Positions 41,056 to 53,713 are shown, numbered from the whole stretch's first letter. The stretch is 63,772 nucleotides of DNA, filler included, from Reclinomonas americana ATCC 50394 (GCA_048213135.1; 6 parts of 5 records of this genome joined end to end with filler, not necessarily neighbours in it); one strand, 5' to 3'. A program made the numbers and translations. The notes: a model not told the origin generated them from the sequence alone.

Positions 41056-42798
41056 TCACAAGGCGGTGCCACGCTCGAGATTTTCCTTGATCGGCGCCGT
41101 GTACTTGTCGTAGTAGCGCGAGAGCGTCTTGTTGAACTTGCGGTTCTGGTCGTTGATGTAGGTGACGTCCTCGTCCTCGTACACCTGGCGGCGGCGGCTC
41201 CACGGGCGACCACTGTCATAATCAACAAGAAGTGAGCAGACGGGCACTGGCTGCTGGTGCACCTTCATCTTGGAAACGCAACGCCTTGGTGAGATCCTGA
41301 ATGAGGTACTCGACGCGCTCCGGCTTCACCTCGCCCTTGCCGCCATAGTGCATCGAGTCCACATCGCGATACAGCTCATCGTCGGGCTTCTCGGCCTTGG
41401 CGACCTCGTAGCCCTCCACGTCCAGTGGCGCCTGTNNNNNNNNNNNNNNNNNNNNNNNNNNNNNNNNNNNNNNNNNNNNNNNNNNNNNNNNNNNNNNNNN
41501 NNNNNNNNNNNNNNNNNNNNNNNNNNNNNNNNNNNNNNNNNNNNNNNNNNNNNNNNNNNNNNNNNNNNNNNNNNNNNNNNNNNNNNNNNNNNNNNNNNNN
41601 NNNNNNNNNNNNNNNNNNNNNNNNNNNNNNNNNNNNNNNNNNNNNNNNNNNNNNNNNNNNNNNNNNNNNNNNNNNNNNNNNNNNNNNNNNNNNNNNNNNN
41701 NNNNNNNNNNNTCTCTCTGTGGGCCTCTCCCCCTGCTGTCATGCTCATCCATTCTCTACAGCAAAAATCACGCAAGCTGAATCGCGACGCGGTGAAGAGC
41801 GAGGAGATGAACAAGTTGCACGGGAAGAAGGGCGGGCGCGGGAGGAGACCGCCGCCCTCTGGCGAGGACGATGGCGAGGATGGGCCGCAGACCGGCAGCA
41901 AGGAGGAGAAGTGGATGCAGGCGACGGCAGAGCAGGCGGAGATGTGGGAGAAGAAGCAGCAGAAGAAGCACAAGCGCGCGGCGTCCAACTCGATGGAGAG
42001 TTGCGTTTTCCATCATCGTTCTTGGTTCTTTTCCTCGCCAGCTTGCTCACGTTTTGCTGGTGTGCAGGGTTCACGGTGGAGGGCACATATCGCGCGTACA
42101 AGAAGCGCATCTCNNNNNNNNNNNNNNNNNNNNNNNNNNNNNNNNNNNNNNNNNNNNNNNNNNNNNNNNNNNNNNNNNNNNNNNNNNNNNNNNNNNNNNN
42201 NNNNNNNNNNNNNNNNNNNNNNNNNNNNNNNNNNNNNNNNNNNNNNNNNNNNNNNNNNNNNNNNNNNNNNNNNNNNNNNNNNNNNNNNNNNNNNNNNNNN
42301 NNNNNNNNNNNNNNNNNNNNNNNNNNNNNNNNNNNNNNNGCACGCAACAATCTTCATCTTGATCTCAAACAGACGCTTCTGTGTCGGTGTCATTTGCAGG
42401 TACTCGTCGGTGCTCTTGTAGTTCTCCATGTCAAACGTCGCTGGCTCCTCTGGATCCAAGCCCAGCTCCTCTTTTCTCTTGAGCTCCTGCTCATGCACCC
42501 ATGAGCAACAACAACAACTCATTGTGCGCGGGTGACACACTCACCTGCTTTCTCTCCTCGCGTCTCCAGTCGACCTCGGCCTCATCATACGAAATCGGCA
42601 TGTTCTCCTCCAGCACACGCAAACGTGCTGCGCGCTCTGCTGTTGACTCACCAAAGTACGTCACCGGTTGCCCTGTGTGTGCGTGTGAGAGAGAGAGTGT
42701 GTGTGAGTCGACAACGGACTTGACGCTCAAATCACTGTCTGTGAGAGAGTACCTCGCAACCTCAGTCGCTGTATGACCTCGTCCTCAGACAACTCCAT
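41056..42798 (-). CDS. SYF2: Pre-mRNA splicing factor SYF2 with N-terminal PRP4/SFM-like segment; middle exons (41762-42113) lie on the + strand
   Basis: KRLFEIKMKI|QKSRKLNRDAV, YRAYKKR, and C-terminus YINDQNRKFNKTLSRYYDKYTAPIKENLERGTAL*. Confidence 0.9.
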
Positions 42799-42943
42799 GA
42801 TGAGCGCGCGCGCTTGTGCTTCGTTGAGTGCGTGTGTGTGCGAGAGAGACAAAGGACAAAAGCAACGTCCTGGTCGCTCCTTTCGCCTCTGCTCGCCTCC
42901 GTCCGTCCTTGTTTTGTTCGCCTGCGTGGTTGCGTGAGAGGAG

Positions 42944-43168
42944 ATGGTGTTTGGCAGTTACGACGGGTGGCGCAAGACGGGAGCGATTTCACGGGGCGCC
43001 AACCTGCGCGCCATGTTTCCGGGCATTGCTATCGGCACTGGCCTCTTCCTCACGTACTGGGCCTACGAGACGGTGACGGCCGGTTCATCACATGGTCACC
43101 ACGATCATCACCATCATCATGCACCTGCAGCAGCAGCAGAGGGCCACAAGGCAGAGGAGAAGCATTGA
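42944..43168 (+). CDS. NDUFB3: Complex I subunit B12 (NDUFB3)-like, single exon, His-rich tail
   Basis: DGWRK...NLRAMFPGIAIGTGLFLTYWAYE matches the B12 pattern (WR...R..FPG.G.G...F..Y..E). Confidence 0.75.
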   Translation: MVFGSYDGWRKTGAISRGANLRAMFPGIAIGTGLFLTYWAYETVTAGSSHGHHDHHHHHAPAAAAEGHKAEEKH

Positions 43169-43341
43169 GAGTTGCGCTGTGTGTGAGTGCGTGTGTGTGT
43201 GTGTGCGCGTTGGTGGTGCTGACGCGGTGTGTCTGTGCGTGCGCAGGAGAGTTGTGACTGACGACTGTCTCGGTGTTGCGGGCAGAATGAATGTCGCTTT
43301 GTGTGTGCATCTCTCGCTTTGTACATTGATGGCTTGTAGAT

Positions 43342-46300
43342 TCACACCATGGCTTCTGGCTGCTCGCCACTGTCTTTTGCGTGTTTCGCTCTCTTTTGCA
43401 GCGGTTCCCCTGTTTCGGCGTCGCTGGGAGCTGCAGAAGAGGCTGTGCTCTCCGTCTCGTCCATGGCTGACGACAGCGAGCGTTTGCGGGCGATTGTGTG
43501 TGGATCGCCCAGTGGCAGGTGGTCGCCGCGAATGGTGTTGGGGGATCGGCGGGGTGGTGAGTTTGGCGCAGAGGAGGCGGCGGCGGCGGCGGACTGTGTA
43601 TGTGTGTGAGCGGCGAGAAGGGATGCGTTGCGGCGATGCAGGATCATTGCTGCTCACCGCGGCCTCAGAGTCGTGGTGCTGCAAGTCGAGTGGTGGTGAC
43701 TGCTGTGACGACAGCACCAGTCCTCCAGCACTTGCGTGGCTCTTGTCCTACATGGCACCATGAGTGGGGGAACATGCGATGCAGCAAGGGATGAGTCGAT
43801 AGACGACGCACCCGACTCTCGCGAGGGGAAACGAATCCCGATGCCTGTGTTGGCGCGCAGTGAGTGTCGAACAGCAGGGGACGCACGCATGCTGGGTGTT
43901 GTGCACACTCACCATGTCCAGTGACGAGTCGGTAAGTGAATTGGTCAGCGGCTGCGAGTGGACGGACGGGTGTGAGTGAGCGGATGGAGAATCGAATGCC
44001 CATGACGGAAACCAACCTGGGAGTCGGGAAGCGACATTGTCGGCTCTTCCATCACGTGATCCTTGTCAACATGGCGCGGGCGGATCAACTGCAGAAAGGT
44101 GGTCAGGGCATATCAGCACGCGACACCGCATGCCACACGAGACACAACTGGTTGCGAGGAGTAGTCCTCGGTGCTATCCGACGTGCCCATTAGCGCCTTC
44201 AGGCCAGACGGCAGGTCATCGAGCGACTGCGACAACTGATCGACCATGCGCGATGCTGGTTCGGCCGGTTTGGCCCACTGCACACACACACATAAGTTGG
44301 GTTAGCGTCGGCTACACCACAACACGCCTGCAGCTCCACGACAGCAAGCTAACCGTGTGCTCGGGTGTCGGGGCATTGGTCTCGAAACGCACCGTCTGCC
44401 ACATAAGTGAGACCCGTGCCAACCACAACCATCTCTTTCCTTCAACAACACACCTTGTCCCGAATGCCGGCACCTGCAGCCGCAGTTGGTATCGCCGAAG
44501 ACACATGCGAGTCAGCGGCGGCCGTCGGCGTGGTTGTTGTCGTCGTTGGTAATGAGTGGCGAATGGCCGATCGCTTCGCAGCGGCCAGCGCAGTACCACT
44601 CGCCGCCGAGCTCTGCACGCACACACGCACAGGTCAATCGGCTGTCTGTGCATTCCACCAATAGAGAGGGGACGACAAACCGCGGTAGCCGGTGGTGTGT
44701 TCTTTGGCTTCTTCTTTCCCATGCCCGTGAGTTTGTCACGGGCAAACAGCCGGACGACGGGTGAGAAGGCGAACTCGACACCCGTGAAGCCGTCCATGAC
44801 CATCACCACCAGACAGAGATGCTCGGCGTAGCCGGTGATCTTGAACTGGAACGACACCCGGTTGGGCGACGGCGATGATGAGCTGGCAAAGCGGCGAGCC
44901 ATGGTGCTGACATTGCGAATAGTGCCATTGCGTGCCCGCCACGCGAAACAGTGCCCGCCCGACGGCATCTCCTCCAGCAATTGCTGCACGCGGACAGAGT
45001 GAGTGGGTGGAGTGAACAGAACATGCAGCACGGCCATTCTACCTCGGTGGAGTAGTCGTACAAGCGCACGGCGGCAATGTGGGAGCGCAGCTTGGCTTCC
45101 GGGACACCCTGAATGGCGACATCCAGCACATACAGGCGGGTGCGTGCCAGCAATCGCGGGCACTGATTGTAGACCAGGAGACTCTCGCGCTTCGGTCGCA
45201 TCTGTGCGTAAAGAGTGAAGCCCGAGTTGGTTCGCATGGCCGCCTCGACTGGTGACATCTGCACACATCACCAGTCAGGTCTCCGAGAAGCAGAAGATGG
45301 AACACACGCGTGCACGCAACTGCAAACAGTGACGAGGACCAAAACGGCCGATAGTGGTGCAGGCTGAAAAGGCATTTCGAGACCAGATCCGCGCCGCGAA
45401 TGTTGTCGACCTGCACGACGAGTCAGCGAGCCGTGTGACGCACGCACGCAGACATAGGAAGGCTCACGCAACAGAATGAAGCAACTTGTCGAGTTCCTTT
45501 TCTACAGTGGTCGCACCCTGCGCCAGACCCTTGCGCAGCGACTGCAGCTTGGTGGCCAGTCGCACGAGAGAGACAGGCACCTGCACGGGGGGGAATCGAG
45601 TTACCGACCTGGAGGCAAACAAGCAAACACTGGGGGACGACGCAACATTGCGCGACTCTTTGAGCTTGTCCTTGTCGAAATGGTGCAAGCCGAATCCGTT
45701 GAAGAGAGCCCGCACTGTGGCGTCGTCGGTGTGAGTGCTGTGAGAGAGGAATACAAAGAGAGAGAGAGAGAGAGAGGCAACGGTGGCACGCAACTGTATC
45801 CAATGGATTTGCTGCGGAAATTGTCGCGCAGCCACACGGCCTCCTGCTCACGCATCATGAGTACACAGTGAATCGCAGGCACTGCGTTGCATCGCTGCAT
45901 TCGACGCAACTTCTGCTCCATCAGAGATTACACACTTGGGAACGTGGACAATGTCCCAGTACGCCCACGCCGCTTGACCAACCTGTCATAGCACACAACA
46001 GTGAGGGGAAGAGACACGTCACATCAGAGGAGAAGAGACNNNNNNNNNNNNNNNNNNNNNNNNNNNNNNNNNNNNNNNNNNNNNNNNNNNNNNNNNNNNN
46101 NNNNNNNNNNNNNNNNNNNNNNNNNNNNNNNNNNNNNNNNNNNNNNNNNNNNNNNNNNNNNNNNNNNNNNNNNNNNNNNNNNNNNNNNNNNNNNNNNNNN
46201 NNNNNNNNNNNNNNNNNNNNNNNNNNNNNNNNNNNNNNNNNNNNNNNNNNNNNNNNNNNNNNNNNNNNNNNNNNNNNNNNNNNNNNNNNNNNNNNNNNNN

Positions 46301-48449
46301 NNNNNNNNNNNNNNNNNNNNNNNNNNNNNNNNNNNNNNNNNNNNNNNNNNNNNNNNNNNNNNNNNNNNNNNNNNNNNNNNNNNNNNNNNNNNNNNNNNNN
46401 NNNNNNNNNNNNNNNNNNNNNNNNNNNNNNNNNNNNNNNNNNNNNNNNNNNNNNNNNNNNNNNNNNNNNNNNNNNNNNNNNNNNNNNNNNNNNNNNNNNN
46501 NNNNNNNNNNNNNNNNNNNNNNNNNNNNNNNNNNNNNNNNNNNNNNNNNNNNNNNNNNNNNNNNNNNNNNNNNNNNNNNNNNNNNNNNNNNNNNNNNNNN
46601 NNNNNNNNNNNNNNNNNNNNNNNNNNNNNNNNNNNNNNNNNNNNNNNNNNNNNNNNNNNNNNNNNNNNNNNNNNNNNNNNNNNNNNNNNNNNNNNNNNNN
46701 NNNNNNNNNNNNNNNNNNNNNNNNNNNNNNNNNNNNNNNNNNNNNNNNNNNNNNNNNNNNNNNNNNNNNNNNNNNNNNNNNNNNNNNNNNNNNNNNNNNN
46801 NNNNNNNNGTACCTTGGTGACGATTGGTCTGGATTCGTTTGGCAGTCGACGCGCAGCCAGCAACTGCGTCCGTGCATCCGACATCTGGCGAAACGCATCA
46901 GGAGGCTGCATTCACACACACACACACCTCTGTCCATGCATACCTCAGGTAGTGCAGCATTGCGTTGCAAGGCGTCGAGATCGGGAAGTGAGAGGAACCA
47001 ACTCTGGCCCTGATTCAGCAGCAAAACATGATTACAAGTGGAAAGAAGAAGAAGAAGAAGGAAAGAGCCAATGACACACCGCATTGGAGCTTCCGCTACT
47101 GCCGCCGCCACCACCGCCAGTCATGGTCTGCACTCGTGTGTTGTGTAAGACCGTGGTCGACGTCGGAGAAACAAAAGAACACAATCGAACAAACCTCGTC
47201 ACCCGGCGGCACCGGCGACACATCGTCATCGTCGTCCTCATCGTCTTCATCCTCCTCGTCCTCGTACTCGTGGCCTCGGTCGTCGTCGCCGTCGCCATCA
47301 GCTGGCGGAACTGGTGTCTCATCACGCTCGCTGCCACTCGACGAACTCAGCATCTCGGACGACGTCGACAAGTGCTGTCATAGGCGCAGGTGAGTGATTG
47401 TAGCCAGACGCATTGCAGCGTGTCACGCACACACCGAATCGGGGTCAATTATTATACGAGCAGCGATCGTCGTCGTCGTCGTTGTCGTCGTGGTCGATGT
47501 CGACCTCGACGAGGACCGCCCAGCAGACTGCCGACCTCGCGACGCAGGTGCCGCCAGTGGTGGTGGTGGCGGTGGCACGGGTGCAGCAGACGCCGACGGC
47601 TGTTGGAGCGAGGTGAGTCGATATGAGAGAGAGAGTGAAGACACGCAGTGGCGTCCGTGACAAACCCGTCGCCGAGACTTGGTCGGTGCTGGGTACAGCA
47701 TGGGTGCAGACCGCGGCTTGAGTGGTGGCGGCTTGGCGACACCGGAAGTGGTGCTGTCGTATTTTTTTGTGAGGACGGGCGGAAATCACAACGCATGACG
47801 ATACGGCGCAACTTGCGACTCGCGTGATTGCTCCGTCTGCCGCGCTGCACTGATTTGCTGGCAGCAGTGGTGCCGTGGCTGGCGGCAGACGGCGTCGTGG
47901 TGGCGAGAGAGGCGAGGAGAGCAGCAAACTTGTGCATCTCGGGATCGACAGCAGTGGCTGCATGCACATCACTACTGTTCAGCACTCGCAACTCACGCAG
48001 CGACACAACAACAACAACCGCGCACAGACGCAACGACTGTCGCCGTCCATGGAGGAGCCATCGCTCTCCATACCATCGTCATCTTCCTCCGCCTCGTCAT
48101 CGTCATCGACAGCCTCATGACGGTCACCGTCGTCGCTGTCGACATCCTCCACTTCTTCTGCGTGATCGTCCACACGCATCGATCGCCCTCTCGATCGATG
48201 CCCACTCCCCTGTTGCTGCTGCTGTGGCACACGGCGAGCACCACTGTGGTGGTGATGGTGTTGATGCAGCGCAGTCATGGCTGTGTGTGGGTGGAGAGAA
48301 GGGGAGAGAAGGGAGCGCGGGAGAATGAGATGACAAGGAAATATGCACAAGGCATACACACACACGCGCGCGCAACTTGCGGAGGAGGCGACAGTGGTGC
48401 TGGTGCGCAGCGACGATGGAGGCGGTTGTGCCCAGGTTTCCATCTGCAT
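43342..48449 (-). CDS. Large uncharacterised multi-exon protein (possibly more than one gene), internal gap
   Basis: Acidic/His-rich N-terminal exons and globular exons (RLYVLDVAIQGV...VSFQFKITGYAEHLCLVVMVMD..FSPVVRLFARDKLTGMGKKKPK) bounded by GT-AG introns. Confidence 0.5.
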
Positions 48450-48838
48450 CGTGTGTGTGAGTGTGTGTGAGTGCAAAATTTCTTATCAATCACCTCGCAC
48501 ACACGCACACATGAGCGACCAAGAGGGACTCCCGAGACAGAGCACAATGAAGGAGAGGAAGAGAGAGAGAGAGAGAGCGCGCGTGTGTGTGAGAGGGAGA
48601 GAGGGTGTGTGCGTTGAGAGGAAATGGCCGACTGAGAAACACACACAGAGGGACAAGACGCGCCCCACTCGCTCGCACACACAAGCACACACGTGGTTCC
48701 CTCGCGACACACACCGTGCGAAGAGAAAGCGCGCGCACACTCTCCTCTGTTTCACACACAGGTTTGTGATCGAAAGCGGGTTGCTCGCGCAATGCGATCT
48801 GTCCATGTGGAACGTTGCTTTGTCGCGAGTGACGAGAA

Positions 48839-49134
48839 ATGTCGGGTCCTCCTCCGACACTGGCGGGCCCTCCCAAGTCATTATCGTCGCCACCCACTCG
48901 CAAAGCACCACAACCACCCATGGACTCGGGAGTTACATTACCAGCACTTCCTGAGGTGCTGGAGGCACGGGAAAAGGGAGAAAAGGAGAGAAGAGACACT
49001 GATTGTGTGCGTGTGTGTGTGTGTGTGTGCGTGCGTGTGTGCGTGTGTGTGTGCAACAGGCACGAGCGCCGCCTGTGGCGAGCGATCCCGAGTTGGCACG
49101 AGTGATGAAGATGTTTGATGTGGAGGTGGAGAGG
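48839..49134 (+). CDS. 5' fragment of unknown protein, truncated by scaffold end
   Basis: MSGPPPTLAG...ALPE|ARAPPVASDPELARVMKMFDVEVE, with a (GT)n-containing intron. Confidence 0.35.
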
Positions 49135-49234
49135 NNNNNNNNNNNNNNNNNNNNNNNNNNNNNNNNNNNNNNNNNNNNTTAATTAATTAANNNNNNNNNN
49201 NNNNNNNNNNNNNNNNNNNNNNNNNNNNNNNNNN

Positions 49235-49420
49235 AAGAGGGGAGGAAGGGGAAGAGTGGAAGACAGGAGAGGAGAGAGCAGAGAGGAAAGGGAGAGAGAA
49301 AGGGAGAGAGAAAGGGAGAGAGAAAGAGAGGAGAGAGGAGAGGAAAAAGGAAGAGGAGAGAGCAGAGAGGAAAGGGAGAGAGAAAGGGAGAGAGAAAGAG
49401 AGGAGAGAGGAGAGGAAGAG
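49235..49420. repeat. Almost pure-purine tandem repeat
   Basis: Near-identical GAGGAGAGAGCAGAGAGGAAAGGGAGAGAGAAAGGG.. units repeated. Probably intronic. Confidence 0.7.
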
Positions 49421-49500
49421 TGCGTAAGGACGTTGCAGCTGGAATGCAACAGCAGCGCATGCTATCATCACGTTCTCTCTTCCTCATGTACGCGACTCAC

Positions 49501-49860
49501 CGTTGCGCACCACCAGCAACGTCCTCGCCGTGCCATTGCATTCGACCTCCACCCGCACCTCGCGCAGTCGCACACCATCCACAGCAAACACCAAGCGACG
49601 ACCATCGTCGTCCACACGAATCACCGAGGTACCATCAACTACGCGACACGCAGACACCGCCGAAGCAACGTTGCTGCTGCTGCTGCTGTGAAGCACGCCA
49701 ATGACAGCACCGCGAGTGGAGGGCGGCATGTAGGTGGACGGGATGAGAGACAGCGGCGGGAGTGCAACGTCGATCGGTTTCTCATGGCCACCACCTGCGT
49801 GCACAAGAGTCAGAAGCAGGAAGACGGAGTAGAGGGCGGTGCACACAAAGCGAGACAGTG
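49501..49860 (-). CDS. Exon of unknown, possibly secreted protein
   Basis: Hydrophobic stretch ALYSVFLLLTLVHA, then a beta-rich segment ending at a GTGAGT donor at about 49500. Confidence 0.35.
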
Positions 49861-50911
49861 TGTGTGAGTGAGAGAGAGGGATGGAGAGGAGGCGAGCTGT
49901 GAAACTGCATGCATGATGCGCAGCACAAAATACAGGAAAAATCATCAGCAGAAAGGTATCGCGCGTGCGCTTGTGTAAGACACGCAGCGTTGTGTTCTCT
50001 GTGCGACGACATGACCCTCCACGAGGGCGACTCTTCACGCACACGCACAAGGAGAAAAAGAAGTGTGTCTCTTGACAGAGATGCGCACACCAGTGAACGC
50101 AACACAAGCGGCAGAGCGCGCAGTCACACGCACACACTGCTGCACGCGCAACAGCACACTCACACACACGCACACACGCGCTTGCAAAGAAGACAGGAAA
50201 CCCTTTGTGTGACTCCGTCGACGGGATAACTCAAGTTGGCTCGGAGGAGACACAAGCGTGACGGAGCAACANNNNNNNNNNNNNNNNNNNNNNNNNNNNN
50301 NNNNNNNNNNNNNNNNNNNNNNNNNNNNNNNNNNNNNNNNNNNNNNNNNNNNNNNNNNNNNNNNNNNNNNNNNNNNNNNNNNNNNNNNNNNNNNNNNNNN
50401 NNNNNNNNNNNNNNNNNNNNNNNNNNNNNNNNNNNNNNNNNNNNNNNNNNNNNNNNNNNNNNNNNNNNNNNNNNNNNNNNNNNNNNNNNNNNNNNNNNNN
50501 NNNNNNNNNNNNNNNNNNNNNNNNNNNNNNNNNNNNNNNNNNNNNNNNNNNNNNNNNNNNNNNNNNNNNNNNNNNNNNNNNNNNNNNNNNNNNNNNNNNN
50601 NNNNNNNNNNNNNNNNNNNNNNNNNNNNNNNNNNNNNNNNNNNNNNNNNNNNNNNNNNNNNNNNNNNNNNNNNNNNNNNNNNNNNNNNNNNNNNNNNNNN
50701 NNNNNNNNNNNNNNNNNNNNNNNNNNNNNNNNNNNNNNNNNNNNNNNNNNNNNNNNNNNNNNNNNNNNNNNNNNNNNNNNNNNNNNNNNNNNNNNNNNNN
50801 NNNNNNNNNNNNNNNNNNNNNNNNNNNNNNNNNNNNNNNNNNNNNNNNNNNNNNNNNNNNNNNNNNNNNNNNNNNNNNNNNNNNNNCACACTCACTCACA
50901 AAGAGTCGCAC

Positions 50912-51049
50912 CTGCTGCACTGCACCACTGGTGACATCCGCAATGGAGGTCGAGGGCACTCGCAGCGCCGGGTTGCCCATGAGCACCAGTCGACGAATGT
51001 GACCGCCGTGGCGGAGCAGACCTTGAATCGCGCGGCCAGCAGATGACAT
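50912..51049 (-). CDS. PDF: Peptide deformylase, first exon (remainder in gap)
   Basis: MSSAGRAIQGLLRH..IRRLVLMGNPALRVPSTSI resembles the PDF N-terminal I..lG.P.LR motif after a short transit-like peptide. Catalytic motifs are not visible. Confidence 0.6.
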
Positions 51050-51656
51050 GCGTGCGGTCGCAAGAAGAAGTGGGGAGGATTGAATGAAAGACAGACGCAA
51101 AGACAGACGCGCGCGACGTTCCACCCAACTCATGAACTTGAGCTTGATGTACTGTTCTACGACGAAGACACAGCTAAGTGGCTTATCCACAGGCACTGTG
51201 CACAGCTGCAGATCACAGCTGCAATTGCGCATGCTTGCTCGACGTTGACGCGATCGATATCGCGAATTCGAAATCGCTGCAAGCTTCCGATCGCATGGAT
51301 CTAGCGGTAACCTTGACGGCCGCCTCAACACTCCACTCAAGTAGCTTTCATCTGCTGGGGTGACGGCCTTCAAAGGCGACAGCTGCAAGCGATCGACGTC
51401 GATATCGAAGGACACATCATTCTTGATTATTCCGAGAGCGAACGGACCGGCCTTGTTGTTTTCATCTGCCCTGCTGCTTGCGTTGTTGATACTCTGGAGG
51501 TGCTTGACACGCGCGAAACAGCTTGCTGTTGATGAATGCGGACACGCATCAAATTGCGGTGCACACGACCGACGGAAGGAGTCACCCATCATCGCGACAC
51601 GAAACAAACAGCACACACTCACACACACACACACACACACTTTTTCTTCTCGCACC

Positions 51657-51787
51657 ATGGCACTCTCACTGCGCGTTGCATTCGCGCTTTTGGTGTGCAC
51701 ACTGGTGCTCTTACTGCAGCACACAGAGGCACACGCAGAAGAAGAAGATATCGATACCTTCTCCGATTTGACGACCGAGGATACCCG
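51657..51787 (+). CDS. 5' fragment of secreted protein, truncated by gap
   Basis: Signal peptide MALSLRVAFALLVCTLVLLLQHTEAHA followed by an acidic stretch. Confidence 0.5.
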
Positions 51788-51860
51788 NNNNNNNNNNNNN
51801 NNNNNNNNNNNNNNNNNNNNNNNNNGCGAGCGTCCCATCACTCTCCAACGAACACCAAAC

Positions 51861-53713
51861 ATGAGCGCGAAAGACAGCGAGGTATCTGCGTGCATGCGTG
51901 CAAGCACACACGCAAGGTCCCTCACTCTTTGTCTGCACACCACAGTCCGCCGCTGTTCGGCGTCGCGGAATGCCCACCTCCTCCTCTTCTTCCGCCTCCG
52001 ACGAACAACAAGCCGCCTCTCCTCTTCTCAAGCCCTCCGCCTCCTCTGCCTCTCTCGCCTCGCGCTCTCAGCGTCGCCGATTGGTTCTCATCGCACTCGG
52101 CGTCACATGCACTGTGCTCCTCGCATTGTACCTGCTCACCCCAATGGCCGAGGCCGGACTTGGCTTCAAGTCCAAGATCATGTGCTCGGCGCTCTTTGTG
52201 TCACAGCGTCCGCGGGCGCACATTGAGGCGCGCGAGCTCAACTCGTCGCGCAGTCCGCTGCTGGCACTCATGCAGACCACAGTGGACGAGGAAGCAGGCA
52301 CAGTGACCTCGTCGATGCTCTTTGGCTTGTTGTCGGTGACTGCGGCGTATCGCCCGGGTGTCGGGTGCACGCTGGTGCACCCTCGTGGAGCGGCGGTGCA
52401 TACGCTGCATCCTGTCGGAGCTCCGGTGACTGGGCTTGCGGATGAAGAAGACAGCAGTGGACTGGATCTGCAGACGGACATTGATCCGCGCGTGCAGAGT
52501 GTTGTGGACGAGTACATGGCCGATTTCATGCAGCAGCGGCACACGCGAGCGGTGGTGGTGGTAAGGGCCGGTGGGCGTGTGATTGCGGAGAGCTACGGCG
52601 ACTCTTTTTCGTCCAAGAACCGCCATCAGGGGTGGTCGATGAACAAGTCGGTGGTGCATGCGCTCATTGGCATCCTGGTGCGCGAGGGCAAGCTGCTTCC
52701 GGAGCAACCGGCTCCGGTGCCCGAGTGGCACGAGAAGCCAGACGATCCGCGCGCCAGCATCACCGTGGAGCATCTGCTGCGCATGTCGTCAGGCATTCAG
52801 TTTGAGGAGAAGTACTATCCCCCGTCACAGTTTCGTGGCCAGTTCCCGCGTGTCGTCGCTCGCTCTCCCTCACTCCCCCTCACCATACGCAGCGTCACCG
52901 ACATGCTGTTTCGCTCGCCGTCGGCCGCCGCCTACGTGGCTCAGCTGCCGTTGGAGGGCGAGCCGGGCTCTGTGTGGTACTACAGCAGCGGCAGCACGAA
53001 TTTGCTGGCGCGCATCTTTGGCGACATGGTGCGGGAGATGGGCGAGGATCCGGTGACGTTTGCGCACCGTGAACTGTTTGCACCGCTCGGCATGTGGTCC
53101 ATGGTGGCCGAGGTCGACGCGCACGGAGATTTGGTCTCGTCGTCGTTTGGGTGAGATTTCGGGGAAGGGGTTAACTTTTGTGGGTTGTGGGTGCTCAGTT
53201 TATTTTGTGCAGACATGCTACGGCACGCGACTGGGCGCGATTCGGCTTGCTGTACCTGCACGGTGGTGTGCACTGGCAGACCGGACAGCGCATTCTGCCC
53301 GAGGTGCGTTGCGGTTGCTGGCCAGCGTAATGAGTGTCATTCATGATGCCTGAGTGCAGGGGTGGGCGGAACACGGCTGTCGGCTCACGCCAGCGAGTCG
53401 TGGCCGGTACGGCGCGCAGTGGTGGCTGAACAATCCGACCAACGATCCCGACGGCGTCGCCATGTACCCACTGTTGCCGCGGTCGGCTTGCTTCGCCTCG
53501 GGGTTCGAGGAGCAAAAGGTCGGCGTGCGTCCAGTGGCACACACACACACGGGAATTGAGCTCACGCGCATGTTTTGTGTGTTGCAACAACAGGTCATTG
53601 TGTTGCCGGAGCAGCAGCTGGTGATTGTGCGACTTGGATACACACCGGACGAGCCTGTGGCGGAGATCAATTCACTCGGCGGTGCTCTGGTGGCTGCCGC
53701 GGCGTCTTCGTGA
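51861..53713 (+). CDS. Class C beta-lactamase/serine hydrolase family protein with N-terminal membrane anchor
   Basis: SxxK (WSMNKS), ITVEHLLRMSSG, WYYSSGSTNLL, ELFAPLGM, HATARDWARFG, GFEEQK|VIVLPEQQLVIVRLG. Five GT-AG introns. Confidence 0.9.
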
